Part shown: positions 51,937 through 52,785 of the stretch, piece by piece
How the letters are laid out: each line of letters opens with the position of its first letter
How positions within the stretch are numbered: position 1 is the first letter of the stretch
NCBI GenBank assembly: GCA_964479435.1
Contig: CAYZME010000002.1
Location: 1-52,785 of the forward strand
Source of the DNA: an uncultured Oscillospiraceae bacterium
GTDB lineage: Bacteria > Bacillota > Clostridia > Saccharofermentanales > UBA5734
Length of the DNA stretch: 52,785 nucleotides
Direction: 5' to 3'
The notes under the pieces: generated by a model
What the model was told of the DNA's origin: nothing
The model's database searches: none
The model's input: the letters and a program-made list of their open reading frames with translations, nothing else
Made by a program: the position numbers and the translations under genes

Positions 51937-52785
51937 TTTGTTTCCTCCCCGGCTGAAGGGGTGAGCACGCGGACACCAAAGCGCTCGATCCGCGTTTCAC
52001 CGATCTTCTTTTCGCCTGTCAAACGATCGATCATCACTTTTTTGAGGATGACGGTCGTGTCTTCGCCGTAGTTGAGCAGGAAAAAGTGTTGCCGCGCGCC
52101 TTGTCCGCGCACCACCAGCTCGCAGCCGGCCGGCAGTTCGATGCGGTCGCGATGGGGGGTGGCGAACCCCAATCCGGTCAACAGCGCGCGGGCGGTGTCG
52201 GCGGCAAAGCCGGCGCCAAATAAACACACGCTACCCTTGCCCACCGGCCGTCGCACCCACGCGGGCGCGCCCTGGAAGCGCCCGTCCTCGTAGCTGGCCA
52301 ACACGCGGGCGCCGGTGTCGGGGTCGGGTTCCAAGACGTCATTCCACAACGGGGCGGTGCACGTCGCGCCTTGCCAGGTGATGTGTACGGGCGCCTCGCC
52401 GGCGGTCAGCATGCTGCCCTCACGCACCGTGGTCCCGCACAAATCGGCCAGGGGTCCGGGCGCCGGCGCCATCGGACACTGGCCGCGCAGATCTTTGTAT
52501 CCGGCACGCGCCCCCAACAACAGGTGGCCGCCGTCGGCCACATAAGTCTCCAATATCGCGGCCCGCTCGGGCGAGAGCAGCACCGCGTGCGGGTATACCA
52601 CCAGCTGGTAGCGCGCCAGCTCGGCCGCTGTGGTGCGCGCGTCCAAATAGACGATGTCAAAAGGGGTGTGGGTGGTTTGCAAAGCCTCGAACCACGCCGT
52701 TTCGCCCGCGCGCCGCATCGGGCCGTGCCAGATGTCGTCCTCGCCGTCCCAGAGATTGTCGTAGTCGCGCATCACCGCCACCGCG
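51933..52785 (-). CDS. GH42 beta-galactosidase, C-terminal part (5' end outside the window)
   Basis: Trimerisation-domain-like FDIVYLDARTTAAELARYQLVVYPHAVLLSPERAAILETYVADGGHLLLGARAGYKD, followed by a beta-sandwich tail. The reading frame stays open to the window edge. Confidence 0.7.
   Translation of the reverse strand, partial: AVAVMRDYDNLWDGEDDIWHGPMRRAGETAWFEALQTTHTPFDIVYLDARTTAAELARYQLVVYPHAVLLSPERAAILETYVADGGHLLLGARAGYKDLRGQCPMAPAPGPLADLCGTTVREGSMLTAGEAPVHITWQGATCTAPLWNDVLEPDPDTGARVLASYEDGRFQGAPAWVRRPVGKGSVCLFGAGFAADTARALLTGLGFATPHRDRIELPAGCELVVRGQGARQHFFLLNYGEDTTVILKKVMIDRLTGEKKIGETRIERFGVRVLTPSAGEETK

Overview
High-GC (about 65-70%) chromosomal window with Firmicutes/Clostridia-type organisation: AGGAGG-type Shine-Dalgarno (SD) sites, TGnTATAAT extended -10 promoters, and the glmU-pth-mfd and gatCAB gene orders. 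Most of it is housekeeping. That includes an RlmD-type rRNA methyltransferase, a class A PBP, proB, an HTH-cupin regulator with potABCD, and htrA. It also includes a patatin-psd-pssA lipid cluster, yebC, an envelope glycosylation module (GT2 plus a GT-C-like membrane protein plus a methyltransferase), a divergent EF-G paralogue, dusB, one tRNA-Arg(CCG), glmU-pth-mfd and gatCAB. The right end carries a sugar-acid/glycan block: a CE15-like esterase, a DUF1537-type kinase, a HIBADH-type dehydrogenase and a partial GH42. I found no CRISPR array, transposase, integrase or toxin-antitoxin pair. The parts worth a second look are: (1) a translationally coupled operon of a Cys/His-rich DUF6062-like protein, BioY and a short DsrE/YedF-C-like protein; (2) two unusual tandem-repeat elements in regulatory positions, 3 x 16 nt plus an inverted copy abutting an SD, and 4 x 18 bp overlapping a -35 element; (3) a 976-aa MalT-like STAND ATPase with a C-terminal SARP/OmpR-type winged helix, next to tRNA-Arg, heading a block of non-housekeeping genes; (4) a P-loop (HprK-like?) protein fused to an Asp23 domain; (5) an orphan small gene with its own near-consensus promoter and terminator. 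All family names come from reading motifs by eye and from memory. No database search was run, and starts were chosen by SD and stop-overlap logic.
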